A stretch of 63,773 bases of DNA, the filler included, from Octopus bimaculoides (lineage: Eukaryota): NCBI RefSeq assembly GCF_001194135.2. It is 3 parts of 3 records of this genome, joined end to end, with 100 filler letters (N's around TTAATTAATTAA, not from the genome) between each part and the next. Parts side by side here need not be neighbours in the genome. Positions count along the whole stretch, not along the records: positions 24,005 to 55,548 come from NC_069004.1; 2 more parts are not named here. One strand, given 5' to 3'. This document shows, in pieces, positions 28,010-39,486 of this stretch. Under the pieces are notes generated by a model that was not told where the DNA came from, ran no database searches, and worked only from the letters and a program-made list of their open reading frames with translations. Each line of letters starts with the position of its first letter. Within the stretch, counting starts at the first letter, position 1. Made by a program: the position numbers and the translations under genes.

Positions 28010-28566
28010 ATTCTCTTGTGAACGACAAATGAGGGTTCAGTAAACTAAAGCTTTAATCATGTTCTATGGACATGAATGTGTCTCTTGAGGCCTGCTGGTG
28101 CCTTGCAAACCTTTTGGCAAATGGAACAAGTTGGGGATTTAGTTTCCTTGAGTGCTTGTGTATCATTCACTATGTGTTTTCTTGAGTGAATGACCAGGCC
28201 TGCCTTGCTTTGTGCTACAAAACCACAATGTTATATGCTGTACATTTATACGTTTATGGTGTTAACCATACACGTATGTATATTCTGTGACAAATATTTC
28301 TTATGTGTATACTACCGCTCCACACACACGCATCTATATTTTATCTTTTACTTGTTCCAATCATTTGACATTGGCCATGCTGGAACACTGCCTCGAAGGG
28401 TTTTATGTATCTATTTCTTACCTTTCCTCTTCCTCCTCCTCCTCCTGTGTTTTTGTTTCTTCTTTTTATTTCTCTCCCCTTCACCTGTCTCCTCCTCTTC
28501 AGTTTATCTATTTATTTATTCATGTTTCTCTGTTTCTTTCTCTCTCTCCTTCTCTTTCTAAAACAG

Positions 28567-28651
28567 GAGGAACAAAATGCCAGCTCTTCTGCAAATTATG
28601 ATGTGGAGCTCCTTCACCCTGCTGTGGCACATGAAGAACTCAAAAGACAAG
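28567..28651 (+). CDS. INTS13: INTS13/Asunder internal coding exon (85 nt, phase 0 to phase 1): EEQNASSSANYDVELLHPAVAHEELKRQ
   Basis: Long polypyrimidine tract plus AAAACAG acceptor; CAAG|GTGAGC donor. The peptide matches the recalled human INTS13 segment EEQHANTSANYDVELLH that follows ...TNIPMK. It splices in frame to exon 48197-48295. Confidence 0.92.
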
Positions 28652-28849
28652 GTGAGCCATTCAAATACTCTACCAGAACTGACAATATCCACCTCTTCAC
28701 TCTCTCTCCTCTCAACCCTTTCTCAAATGGTGGTGGGGAACAAGCAGACACAAAGACACACACACTTACACACACACAAACATACATACACAGAAGTAGT
28801 GGGGGAGCATCATAGACATGTGTTGAGAGGAATTCTTTGGGGTTTGGAT

Positions 28850-29143
28850 AATTCACCTCTGGAAACATTGGTGTTTCATTCAAAATCCTTAAACAACCCT
28901 TATTCACGGTTGTTATATCTTTTGTGTGGGATGGGCTACTCAACCTGAAGAAAATTCTAACTGGGCCCCATCTGCAAGGTCATGCGCTGTTTATCTTGAT
29001 AAAAGATCATCATGTCACGTACATATGGTTGTGATGCATGTGCCTGGTGTACCCTTATCAGACGGGTAGTCATGATGGGTATGCAGGGCTTCGTATATTT
29101 TACCCCAGTTTCACTTTGATGGCATGCACTGCTCTCTCACTCA

Positions 29144-29190
<47 letters not shown>

Positions 29191-29507
29191 TCACCTTTGG
29201 AAACATGGGTGTTTTGCTCAATATCCTTAAACAACTCTTATTCAGGGACCTTTTGATCGGGATGGGCTACTCGACCTGAAGAAAATTCTCACTGGACTCC
29301 CACCTGCAAGGTCATGTGCTGTTTATCTTGATATGAAATTACCATGTCACTTATAGTTGTAGTGCATGTGCCTGGTGTACCCTTATCAGACAGGTAGTCA
29401 TGATGGGTATACTGGGCTTTGTATATTTTACCCCAGTGTCACTTTGATGGCATGCACTGCTCTCTCACTCAATAATAATAACAGTAATAATAATGATAAT
29501 AATAATA
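28850..29507 (+). mobile_element. Head-to-tail dimer of a ~290-bp non-autonomous element with (TAA)n tails
   Basis: Copies at about 28850-29144 and 29188-29470. Both start AATTCACCT.TGGAAACAT and end GCACTGCTCTCTCACTCA-(TAA)n. Confidence 0.85.
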
Positions 29508-30574
29508 ATGTTTTCTTCATTGGCCACTCAGGCCAAACACAAACAAAAAGGGACAATAGAAAATAAAGGATCAGTTGGGGTTAGCACAAAAGTATATGAT
29601 AAAAACAATAACAGTTAACAAAAATTCAACAATAAAATTCTCCAAAAGCTGATGTGGTTTTCTGTTAAATGGGTTTGTGTTACATGGTTAATCTTCGACA
29701 TTTTGTGTCCAAAAAGGATTTTAACCTAATATTTGCATGCTATTATTGATAGCTTTATCTGCTTCGAATTTCAACATTAACATAATAATAATAATAATAA
29801 TAATAATGATAATCATAATGATCCTTTCTGTTATAGGCACAATGCCTGAAATTTGGGGGAGGGTTTAAGTTGATCGATCTGTGGGTTGCATGTTGTCATT
29901 CAACTGATGACCTCTGTGTGCTGTAGAACTGATCCCCCAGCAACTTAGGGATCAAGACCACAACCACTTGTATGTTGTATAATGGTGCTCTACCATAACT
30001 GACGTGGAGCTGCACACCTAACCATCAATAGCTACCTGTGTTCCTGTAAGACTGCTCTCTCAGGGCTGACAACCACGACCTCTGTGCTGTGCTGTGGGGC
30101 TGCTCTACTAGGAGTAACCAAGAGCTATGTTAGAAGAAGAAGAACAACAACAACAGCACCACCACCACCACAACCACCACCACCAACAACTACAACAATA
30201 ACCACAAAACAACCACTATAGAAAGACAGAACCACTGAAGTCCTATATATAACACGATCCATCAAAGTGTTAGTCACCATCTACTTCATCGCTAACAGTT
30301 ACTAATTAGTCTCTTGGCCTTAATTATCTCCATTTAATCACTTTTTTTTGCTTAATTTAGATTTTTATTCTACATATTTGTTTTTTTAAATTTTATATTG
30401 CTTTGTTGATTTCTTTGTTAGTTTTAGACGTTTATTTTTGTTCAATATCTGCCAATGTTTCAGTTGTTGTTAAGGTTGTAGTTGTTGTTGTAGGTGTGGT
30501 AGTGTTCTTGTGGGTGTGGCACTGTTGTAGTTGTCATTATAGTGTTGTTATTGTGGCTGTTGCACTAAGTCATC

Positions 30575-30990
30575 ATCATCATGATCATTTAATGTCCGTC
30601 TTCCATGCTAGCATGGGTTGAATGGTGTGGCAGGGGCTGGTAAGCCAGAGGACTGCTCCAGGCTCCAATTGTCTGCTTTGGTGTGGTTCCTATAGTTGGA
30701 TGTCCTTCTTAATGTTGAGCACCTTACAGAGTGTACTGGGTGCTCTTTTCTGTGGCACCAGCACGGTTGCCAAGTAACTTACATGACAAAGACCCTTTGA
30801 GTGGGATGGCAAGGAGTATTGAGGGAGTTGATTTTGTACCAGTTGACAGTAGAAAGTATGATAGAGGGATAGAGACAGGTGTCTTATGATGGAGCAGATA
30901 CTTGGCTACCCTTGTAGGAAAAGAAAGGAGAGGAAGACGGAATAAAGATATAGAGAAAAGAGAGAAACAGATAGAGTGAGAGAGAGAAAT
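30575..30990 (-). mobile_element. Family E SINE
   Basis: CATTTAATGTCCGTCTTCCATGCTAGCATGGGTTG...GGATGTCCTTC...; collinear with 26630-27010. Confidence 0.75.
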
Positions 30991-31159
30991 GAATGGTGTT
31001 GGAGATGCACCAGGCAGGGGACCTAACTACAGGGTCTAGTGGGGGAATATAGGTGGGATATGAGGGGTGTATTACATAGGTGTGTATTACATAGGTGTGT
31101 GAGAGGAGATATCGTTATTGTTGTGGTTGTTGGTGTTGTAGCAGTGTTTATGTCGTGTT

Positions 31160-31650
31160 TATGGTTGATGATGTGTTCATTGTTCAACCACAGGCCCACC
31201 CTGATTGAGCAGACAAGCCTATGATCAAAGACATTGCAGCTGTGGCCACCACATCTATTCCTTACTTGCATGGAAACCAGAACCACGTTATCAAAGGTGT
31301 GTTCTTTCCTGTGATTATGGAGTGTGGTTTAAGGAAAATTTGGTTGCTATTTCAAGCAGACCAACTGGTCACACTGTGGCTCCTTTATTGGGTTATAATA
31401 TTGATGTTGTTATTGTAGATGACAGAGCTGCTGAGTTACAGTCATCGATGATTTTTAACCACAGGCCAGCTCTGTTGGAGCACATATATGCTGTGACCAT
31501 CCATCCTAGTTGTGGCCATCAAGTCTTTTTTGTATATCTATGATTGTCCAATGTGTTCTTCCTGTTTACAGTATTGTCGGATGTTATTTGAGTGAAGCTT
31601 GGTTGCTATTTCTAGCAGGCTGTGTGACTGCATAGAGGCTCCCTCGTTGG
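31160..31650. repeat. Two degenerate copies of a dispersed repeat (TTGGCTGCTATTTCTAGCAGG core)
   Basis: The core also occurs at about 9950, 10450, 10700, 13780, 13865, 17250 and 32590. Confidence 0.6.
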
Positions 31651-33264
31651 CTTGTTGTTGTTGCTGACATTCTTGTTGTTGCGGTTATGACTTGTTGTTG
31701 GTGATGGTGGTGGTGGTGGTAGGAGCAGTGGTGTTATTGAGCTTGTGGCTTGGTGTTGAAGGAATTAATAATTCCATCTTCATTGTAATAATGATGAGGA
31801 TCTTCCTCCTCCTCCTCCTCCTTTAGGTCAGTCACAACCATCAACACTATCATCGTCATCATCATCAGCAACACCACCACCACTATTATAATCATCATCA
31901 TCAGCAGAAGTAGCAGCAGCACCAATACTACTACAGCCACCACTACCCCCATAACCACCACAACCACCATCACTGCCAACGCCATCATCACCAACACCAT
32001 CATCAGCATGATTGTCATTGTCACCAGCAGCACTACTGCCACCACCAATACCCCCAACAACAACAACTGAACCACCACCACCACCACAACCACATCCACC
32101 ACCACCGGCAGCACAACTACAATGCCCACCACCACCATTACAACCACCACCACCATCATCATTGCTATGTAGGGAGTAATGTGGTGAAGTGGCATTGGTT
32201 GGAAGGGGGACAAAGGGGATTTTAATAAAATTAAATAGTAGAATAATTAATATATATACATATATATATGTATGTATATATATATATATACATATATATA
32301 CATATATATATGTATGTATCTATATATATATCCATATGTGTGTGTGTGCCTGTGTATATAAAAGAGAATATATAATGACCATGTTTGTGTAGAGAGAAGT
32401 TAGAAGAAAATGAATAGAATGATTTAAAATTTTTTTGGTTTCATTATAAGATATTTAGAAATGGACAAAAGGAAGGTTTGGTATCTTTGCTGTGGCAGCT
32501 GTTGCAGAAAGTTTTATCAACTACTGCAGGTTCTTGCAGCTTTTTGTAACTGGAGCCTGATGGACGGACCCCTATGTGGTCTCTTAGTCTGTTAGAAAGA
32601 GCAGCTATATTTCACTGTGAGCCACAAGGTTTTGGTTTTGGAGCCATGAGGTTCCAGTTTTGATTGCATAACGTGGCATCTTCAGCATGTTATGTTCGTG
32701 TAGATTTATATTTTATCTTTTCCCTGTTTGTGTCAGTAGATTATGGCCATGCTGTGGCACTGCCTTCAAGAAATTTAGTCACATATATTGACCCCAGTAC
32801 CTAGTTTTGTTAAAGCCTGGTACTTACTCTATCAGTCTCCTTTGCTGAACTGCTAAGTTATGGAGACATGAACATACCAACACCGGTTGTAAAGTGGTGA
32901 GGGGGTGGGGACAAACACATACACAAAGACATGTGCCAGTGCCACGTTAATGCACCCATGCCAGTGACACATAAAAAGCACCACGTACACTTTGTAAAGT
33001 GGTTGGCATTAGGAAGGGTATCCAACCATACAAACCATGCCACAACAGACAGTTGGAGTCTGGACAGCTCCCTGCTAGCCAGCTCCATGTCAAATTGTCC
33101 AAGCCATGCCAGCATGGAAAGAGGACATTAAATTATGATGATGATGTGTATATATAACTTTACTTTTTCTTCTTTTTTCTTGGTATCTCTTCCTAAATTT
33201 TTTGTTCCTTATTTCCAGATGAACCCTGGAACTAACGATTAATATATATATATATATATATATA

Positions 33265-34767
33265 CCGTAAAAACCCATGTAATTTACACACTTTTTATCA
33301 CAAAAATAAAAATAAACTTTAGTGGGTGCATAAATTACATGAGTAGATCGTTTCCAGAATCTTTTAAGAAATTTTTTTGTTGCAAAAAGACATACAAAAC
33401 ATAAACATTTCTATCAGAAGTTGATTCATTTAATCTCAGAAAAGGTTTTTCCAGAAAAAATGCTGGCTTAAATATGATGTTGACTTTTATTTATGCTGGA
33501 CGGTATAATGCTTACTTTTTCTGTATAAATTTTCTAAAACCATTAANNNNNNNNNNCTGACGTTCATGTGGTCCAGGCCATGTTTTACATTGCTTGGAGT
33601 TTCTAGCAATCACAATGGAGCACCATTGACATACATAGTGATATGGATATTCCTGACTGAAAAAAAATGTAATGATATGGATAATCTTATTTGTATGTTT
33701 TTATTTTTGTCTGTTTATTACTAAGCACAGTTTTAAGTTTGTCATACTGTTTACGCCAATTTTGAACATTGGCTNNNNNNNNNNACTTTTTCTGTATAAA
33801 TTTTCTAAAACCATTAAATGGTTAACTACTTTTTAAATTCTGACGTTCATGTGGTCCAGGCCATGTTTTACATTGCTTGGAGTTTCTAGCAATCACATTG
33901 GAGCACCACTGACATACATAGTGATATGGATATTCCTGACTGAAAAAAATGTAGTGATATGGATAATCTTGTTTGTATGTTTTTATTTTTGTCTGTTTAT
34001 TACTAGGCACAGTTTTAAGTTTGTCGTACTGTTTACGCCAATTTTGAACATTGGCTCTATTGCCACATTCAAATGCATATTCAACATATTTAATTTCTCC
34101 TTCTCAGTAAATGATTCATAAGTTCTGTCCATACTGACAATAATGGTAATGACAATTTTTTAAGTTTGCTTGACATTTTATAAGTGTGAAAGGGATTAAA
34201 ATTTTGGTACTCCATATCAAAGGTTCCGACAAGACTAAGCGGAAAAGAATTCAGTTTACATAATCAGTTTAATCAGTTACCTTCCTCTGTCAGTTGAGTA
34301 AAGTGTCATCTAAGCTGATGTTCATTGGTAATTAAACTTAATTTGCAACGCCTGTGCATATTTACCAGCTTTGTTTTTGTTGGTAATTCTTTTCCTGTGA
34401 TTGTGATTTGAGAAGACATACAGCAGTATGCTAAAGATCAGACATAATCTCTTGTGGGCAAGAAATGTAAAATAAAGTTTATTATAAACAACACAAACAC
34501 TTTGTAATTTAATAGCTTTCAATGTGATACTTGTTAAGCAGAAATTAATTTTATTTAATGAAAATTTAATAAACTCTCATCATAAGTAAGTGAAATTATG
34601 CTAGATACAACTAAACCGAAAATCTTTTTCCCCTGGCCATATCGGCAATTCTGAAAACTTTTAGATGTGAATTTTATACGAGTAGAAAGTTTTTTTTTAA
34701 CAAATTTTATCCTGAAAATCACCTGTGTAATTTACACAGGTGCACAAATTACGTGGGTGTTTTATGG
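33265..34767 (-). mobile_element. Tc2/pogo-like (Tc1/mariner superfamily) DNA transposon, internally deleted
   Basis: TA|CCGTAAAAACCCATGTAATTT ... AAATTACGTGGGTGTTTTATGG|TA imperfect TIRs with TA on both sides. Minus-strand remnant 34132-33987, MDRTYESFTEKEKL/VEYAFECGNRA..NVQNWRKQYDKL, resembles the Brinker-type DNA-binding N-terminus of pogo/Tc2 transposases. Confidence 0.75.
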
Positions 34768-34904
34768 TATAAGTATATTCAATATTTTTTCTTTATTCTA
34801 AGCTATAAGTTTATTATTTTTTCAAGAAATTCCTTTCACCATTTCCTGTATTTCTATTCCACGAAAATGGTCAGAGCAACTTTCTACTTTCAATATTATA
34901 TACA

Positions 34905-35300
34905 TTAATCTTTTACTTTTCTTTCTTTCTCTCTCTCTTTCTTTCTTTTCTCTCTTGCTTCATTTCCCTCTCTTTTTTCTTTTCTTTTTCTTTCTGTCTT
35001 TCTTTTGTTTCTGTCTTGCCTCCTTCCTCCTCTCTCTCTTGTTTCATTTCCCTCTCTTTCTTTTTTCTTTCTTTTCTTTTCCTTTTTCTTTTTTCTTTTG
35101 TTCTTTCTTTCTTTCTTTTGTTTCTTTCTTGCCTCCTTCCACCTCCCTCTCTCTTGCTTCATTTCCCTCTCTTTTTTCTTTTTCTTTCTTTTCTTTCTTT
35201 TGTTCTTTCTTTCTTTCTTGCCCCCTTCCCCTCTCTCTCTCTTGCTTCATTTCCCTCTCTTTTTTCTTTCTTTCTTTCCTTCCTTCCTTCCTTCACATCC
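34905..35300. repeat. Polypyrimidine higher-order repeat (4 units of about 85-115 bp)
   Basis: Anchor CTTG(C/T)TTCATTTCCCTCTC at about 34954, 35038, 35153 and 35241, in a near-pure C/T tract. Confidence 0.8.
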
Positions 35301-35484
35301 TTATCTTAGCATTATGTCCATGCTTATTGCTATTTCCTGGATGACTCCCTCCTCCTCCTCTTCCTCATTTAATTTCCTTAAAGCTGATACTTTTTGTGTC
35401 ATGTCAGAATTGTGATAATGGCATCAAGTCCTAACATACTGATTCCTACTATTGCTGCTACAACTGCCGCTGCTGCTAACAGTG

Positions 35485-35521
<37 letters not shown>

Positions 35522-37128
35522 CTGCTGCATCACAATCATCACTATCGTTCTCAACATCATTACTGTGTAAAAATATCAACAAACAATTATATGACTATGC
35601 CAGTGTGTGTATGCATGTGTGTGTGTGTGTGTATATATGTATGTGTGTGTGAGACCAATGGAATGAGTGCAAGACTTAGAAATAAGTCCTGTCCTGATGT
35701 TGATTTTGTTGTTAAAACCTTTCAAGGTGATTCTGCAGCATAATGGTAAACCAATAACTGAAATGGGTAAAAAAAGGAAAGAACAAACACACACACACAC
35801 ACACACCGACACACTTGTAAATTGTAAAACATAACTGTCACCACTGTTACATTAACCTGAAGATTGCATAGTTTAATGTATGAAAGTACTAGTTCGAACA
35901 GAATAGGCATTTAATACTCTATCATTTCATTATATTACATTATATTATTATAAGATTGTAAATAAAACGTGAAAATCAAAGTTGAAATTTCTATGAGTAA
36001 TATATATATATATATATATATAAACGAGAGTGTATATATATATATANNNNNNNNNNNNNNNNNNNNNNNNNNNNNNNNNNNNNNNNNNNNNNNNNNNNNN
36101 NNNNNNNNNNNNNNNNNNNNNNNNNNNNNNNNNNNNNNNNNNNNNNNNNNNNNNNNNNNNNNNNNNNNNNNNNNNNNNNNNNNNNNNNNNNNNNNNNNNN
36201 NNNNNNNNNNNNNNNNNNNNNNNNNNNNNNNNNNNNNNNNNNNNNNNNNNNNNNNNNNNNNNNNNNNNNNNNNNNNNNNNNNNNNNNNNNNNNNNNNNNN
36301 NNNNNNNNNNNNNNNNNNNNNNNNNNNNNNNNNNNNNNNNNNNNNNNNNNNNNNNNNNNNNNNNNNNNNNNNNNNNNNNNNNNNNNNNNNNNNNNNNNNN
36401 NNNNNNNNNNNNNNNNNNNNNNNNNNNNNNNNNNNNNNNNNNNNNNNNNNNNNNNNNNNNNNNNNNNNNNNNNNNNNNNNNNNNNNNNNNNNNNNNNNNN
36501 NNNNNNNNNNNNNNNNNNNNNNNNNNNNNNNNNNNNNNNNNNNNNNNNNNNNNNNNNNNNNNNNNNNNNNNNNNNNNNNNNNNNNNNNNNNNNNNNNNNN
36601 NNNNNNNNNNNNNNNNNNNNNNNNNNNNNNNNNNNNNNNNNNNNNNNNNNNNNNNNNNNNNNNNNNNNNNNNNNNNNNNNNNNNNNNNNNNNNNNNNNNN
36701 NNNNNNNNNNNNNNNNNNNNNNNNNNNNNNNNNNNNNNNNNNNNNNNNNNNNNNNNNNNNNNNNNNNNNNNNNNNNNNNNNNNNNNNNNNNNNNNNNNNN
36801 NNNNNNNNNNNNNNNNNNNNNNNNNNNNNNNNNNNNNNNNNNNNNNNNNNNNNNNNNNNNNNNNNNNNNNNNNNNNNNNNNNNNNNNNNNNNNNNNNNNN
36901 NNNNNNNNNNNNNNNNNNNNNNNNNNNNNNNNNNNNNNNNNNNNNNNNNNNNNNNNNNNNNNNNNNNNNNNNNNNNNTATCAGGACAAATTTGTTTCAGT
37001 GGCCCCAAAACATGTAAAAGGCTCATATCGTATTTAATAATAAATAAGTCTGTATTGATGTGAAATGAGAAAAATTCATTGAAGATAATGCAGAATTTGG
37101 GCTCCTTCATTAGGTGAAAGAGGTTAAT

Positions 37129-37167
<39 letters not shown>

Positions 37168-37324
37168 CAACGTTAAATCTTTGAACGAGGTATTAACAGT
37201 AACTGCACGACATGGTAAAGTATATTTGCCACTTAAATGTGGCTGACCCCTAAGGGTGGATGTTACTGTTGCTTTTAGCCCCATGAGAACATCTCCTCCA
37301 GCTGGCTTTTGACACACATCTGCA

Positions 37325-37354
37325 TCCTGTCTGTATTTGCAAATACAGACAGGA
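37325..37354. repeat. Perfect 30-bp palindrome with no loop
   Basis: TCCTGTCTGTATTTG|CAAATACAGACAGGA. Confidence 0.95.
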
Positions 37355-37356
37355 CG

Positions 37357-37751
37357 CTTACGTAAAAAGCGTCTGTGGACTCTTCAGCACAATCTGTTCT
37401 CAAATCAATATAATTTGCAGAACTATACATGAATTGTCTTCATAAATTTAGACGTGTGTACAGTTCTACTGATTACATTGGGGTTATTTTTCAAAATGTC
37501 TCAGTTCTGGTGCGCTAAACTCCGGAAACAATTTTGAAGTGGATAATTCACTGCAGTATGTGTTGCCAGGTAGAGAACATAATTATTTAAATTGATATTT
37601 ATATATTGAGGGCTATAAATTGGATATTAATTTGATTAGCATCAATTTAAAACCAAGTGGCCTAGCATATAAAAAATCTGAAAATTCAGAAAAATTATAT
37701 TGATTTGAGAACAGATTGTGCTGAAGAGTCCACAGACGCTTTTTACATAAG
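37357..37751. repeat. 60-bp inverted repeat pair A/A' (37357-37416 and 37692-37751)
   Basis: CTTACGTAAAAAGCGTCTGTGGACTC...ATATAATTT versus its reverse complement; 59/60 identical. Confidence 0.9.
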
Positions 37752-38043
37752 TAAGATGCTAATGGCGAAATATGTACACAATTAATTCTTTATTCTGTAT
37801 ATTTTTCATTTTGTCTTGCCCGCTGAGGTTCTGTGTTTGCTGAATTTTTTTTTCTGGAGAACATTATTTTTCTTTGTGGTTGGGTCATTGATGACCTCTT
37901 TCTAGCATATCGGATGTTCACTTAGTTGGTCATCCCTTCTTATACATGTAATACAAATTTTCTGAATTTTCAAATTTTTTATATGCTAGGCCATTTGGTT
38001 TTAAATTAATGTTAATCAAATTAATATTCAATTTATAACCTTC
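37608..38043. mobile_element. Non-autonomous TIR element with ~86-bp TIRs (GRG termini, possibly Sola2-like)
   Basis: GAGGGCTATAAATTGGATATTAATTTG... (37608-37693) versus ...TTAATATTCAATTTATAACCTTC (37958-38043). The right flank is an N gap, so no TSD can be read. Confidence 0.65.
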
Positions 38044-38333
38044 NNNNNNNNNNNNNNNNNNNNNNNNNNNNNNNNNNNNNNNNNNNNNNNNNNNNNNNNN
38101 NNNNNNNNNNNNNNNNNNNNNNNNNNNNNNNNNNNNNNNNNNNNNNNNNNNNNNNNNNNNNNNNNNNNNNNNNNNNNNNNNNNNNNNNNNNNNNNNNNNN
38201 NNNNNNNNNNNNNNNNNNNNNNNNNNNNNNNNNNNNNNNNNNNNNNNNNNNNNNNNNNNNNNNNNNNNNNNNNNNNNNNNNNNNNNNNNNNNNNNNNNNN
38301 NNNNNNNNNNNNNNNNNNNNNNNNNNNNNNNNN

Positions 38334-38520
38334 GCCTTTATATATCTATATATTTAATCCTTTATATTGAACACTCAATATTTCATATATTCAATAAGAC
38401 ATATTCCATATATTCAATAAGACATTCAATACTTCATTTCATTGTACCATCCATCTTTTTTTATATTTATATATTATATATTCCATATTCTATATCCCAC
38501 ATAAATTTTACAAGAATATA
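38334..38520 (+). mobile_element. Second copy of the AT-rich sequence that follows the 41-kb hammerhead motif
   Basis: GCCTTTATATAT...ATCCTTTATATTGAACACTCAATATTTCAT...CCATCCAT...TTCCATATTCTAT is homologous to 41121-41282. Confidence 0.7.
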
Positions 38521-38626
38521 AATAAAAAACATAAAAAACAGACAGAGTTGGAACTCTTTTAAATAAAATAATATATTCCTCTATACACGATCATACAAAA
38601 CCCCTTTTTTTGTATTTATTTTTACT

Positions 38627-38669
<43 letters not shown>

Positions 38670-39052
38670 CATCTTTTACTTGTTTCAGTCATTGGACAGC
38701 AGCCATGCTGGGACCTTGAGCAATTTTAGCCAACTGATTGATTATATTACTTGTTTTCTTTTTTTAAAGCCTTTTACTTATTCTATTGGACTCTTGCTTA
38801 ACTGCTAAGTTACGTGAACTTAAACACACCAGCACCAGTTGTCAAGTGGTGGTGGGGGACAAACAAAGACACCCCCATGCACACACACATATGATGGGCT
38901 TCTTCTAGTTTCCATCTGCCAAATCCATTCACAAGGCTTTGGTCCGCCCGTGGCTATAGTAGAAAGCACCTGCCCAAGGTGCCACACAATGTGATTGAAC
39001 CTGGAACCATGTGGTTGGGAAGCAAACTTCTTGCCACAGCTATGCCTGCACC
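38670..39052 (-). mobile_element. Family B SINE, near full length
   Basis: TCTTTTACTTGTTTCAGTCATTGG...GCCATGCTGG ... GAACCTGGAACCATGTGG...CACAGCTATGCCTGC. Confidence 0.85.
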
Positions 39053-39486
39053 ATATATATATCTTACTTTACTTGCTTATGACTGCCTATCAAAGGTGAT
39101 CCAACACATTCATTCTCCTCTGTCCTTCTGGCACATTATTTCTCATGGTAGCAGATGTGGCTGACAAAATCAATAAAAAATCATGTGGCACTGAGGACAC
39201 TGAAAGTGACCCCCTGAAAGAAGCTACATCGAGGAGGGCTGATGATGACATCTCCTCCTCTCTCCTTGCAGTCTTCTGCATTCAGTTTCAAAGCGTGCAA
39301 CTCAACCGTTATACACAGACCTCTAAACCATAAAAGGTCAGGAGGTATGAGAGGTGACTATATTGGTTTAACCACTTTTCATCCTTAGGATTACAGCTGT
39401 TTCATACACTTCTTCATGTAATAATAATTTCAGTGTATGGCGAATTATGTTTACCTGTCTGCACTAATATGCATGCTTCACATTAA

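Noticed and set aside
33514-34056. Near-identical tandem duplication (33514-33774 versus 33785-34056) inside the Tc2-like element
   Set aside because: Bounded by 10-N gaps and differing by scattered substitutions; most likely two haplotypes scaffolded in tandem.
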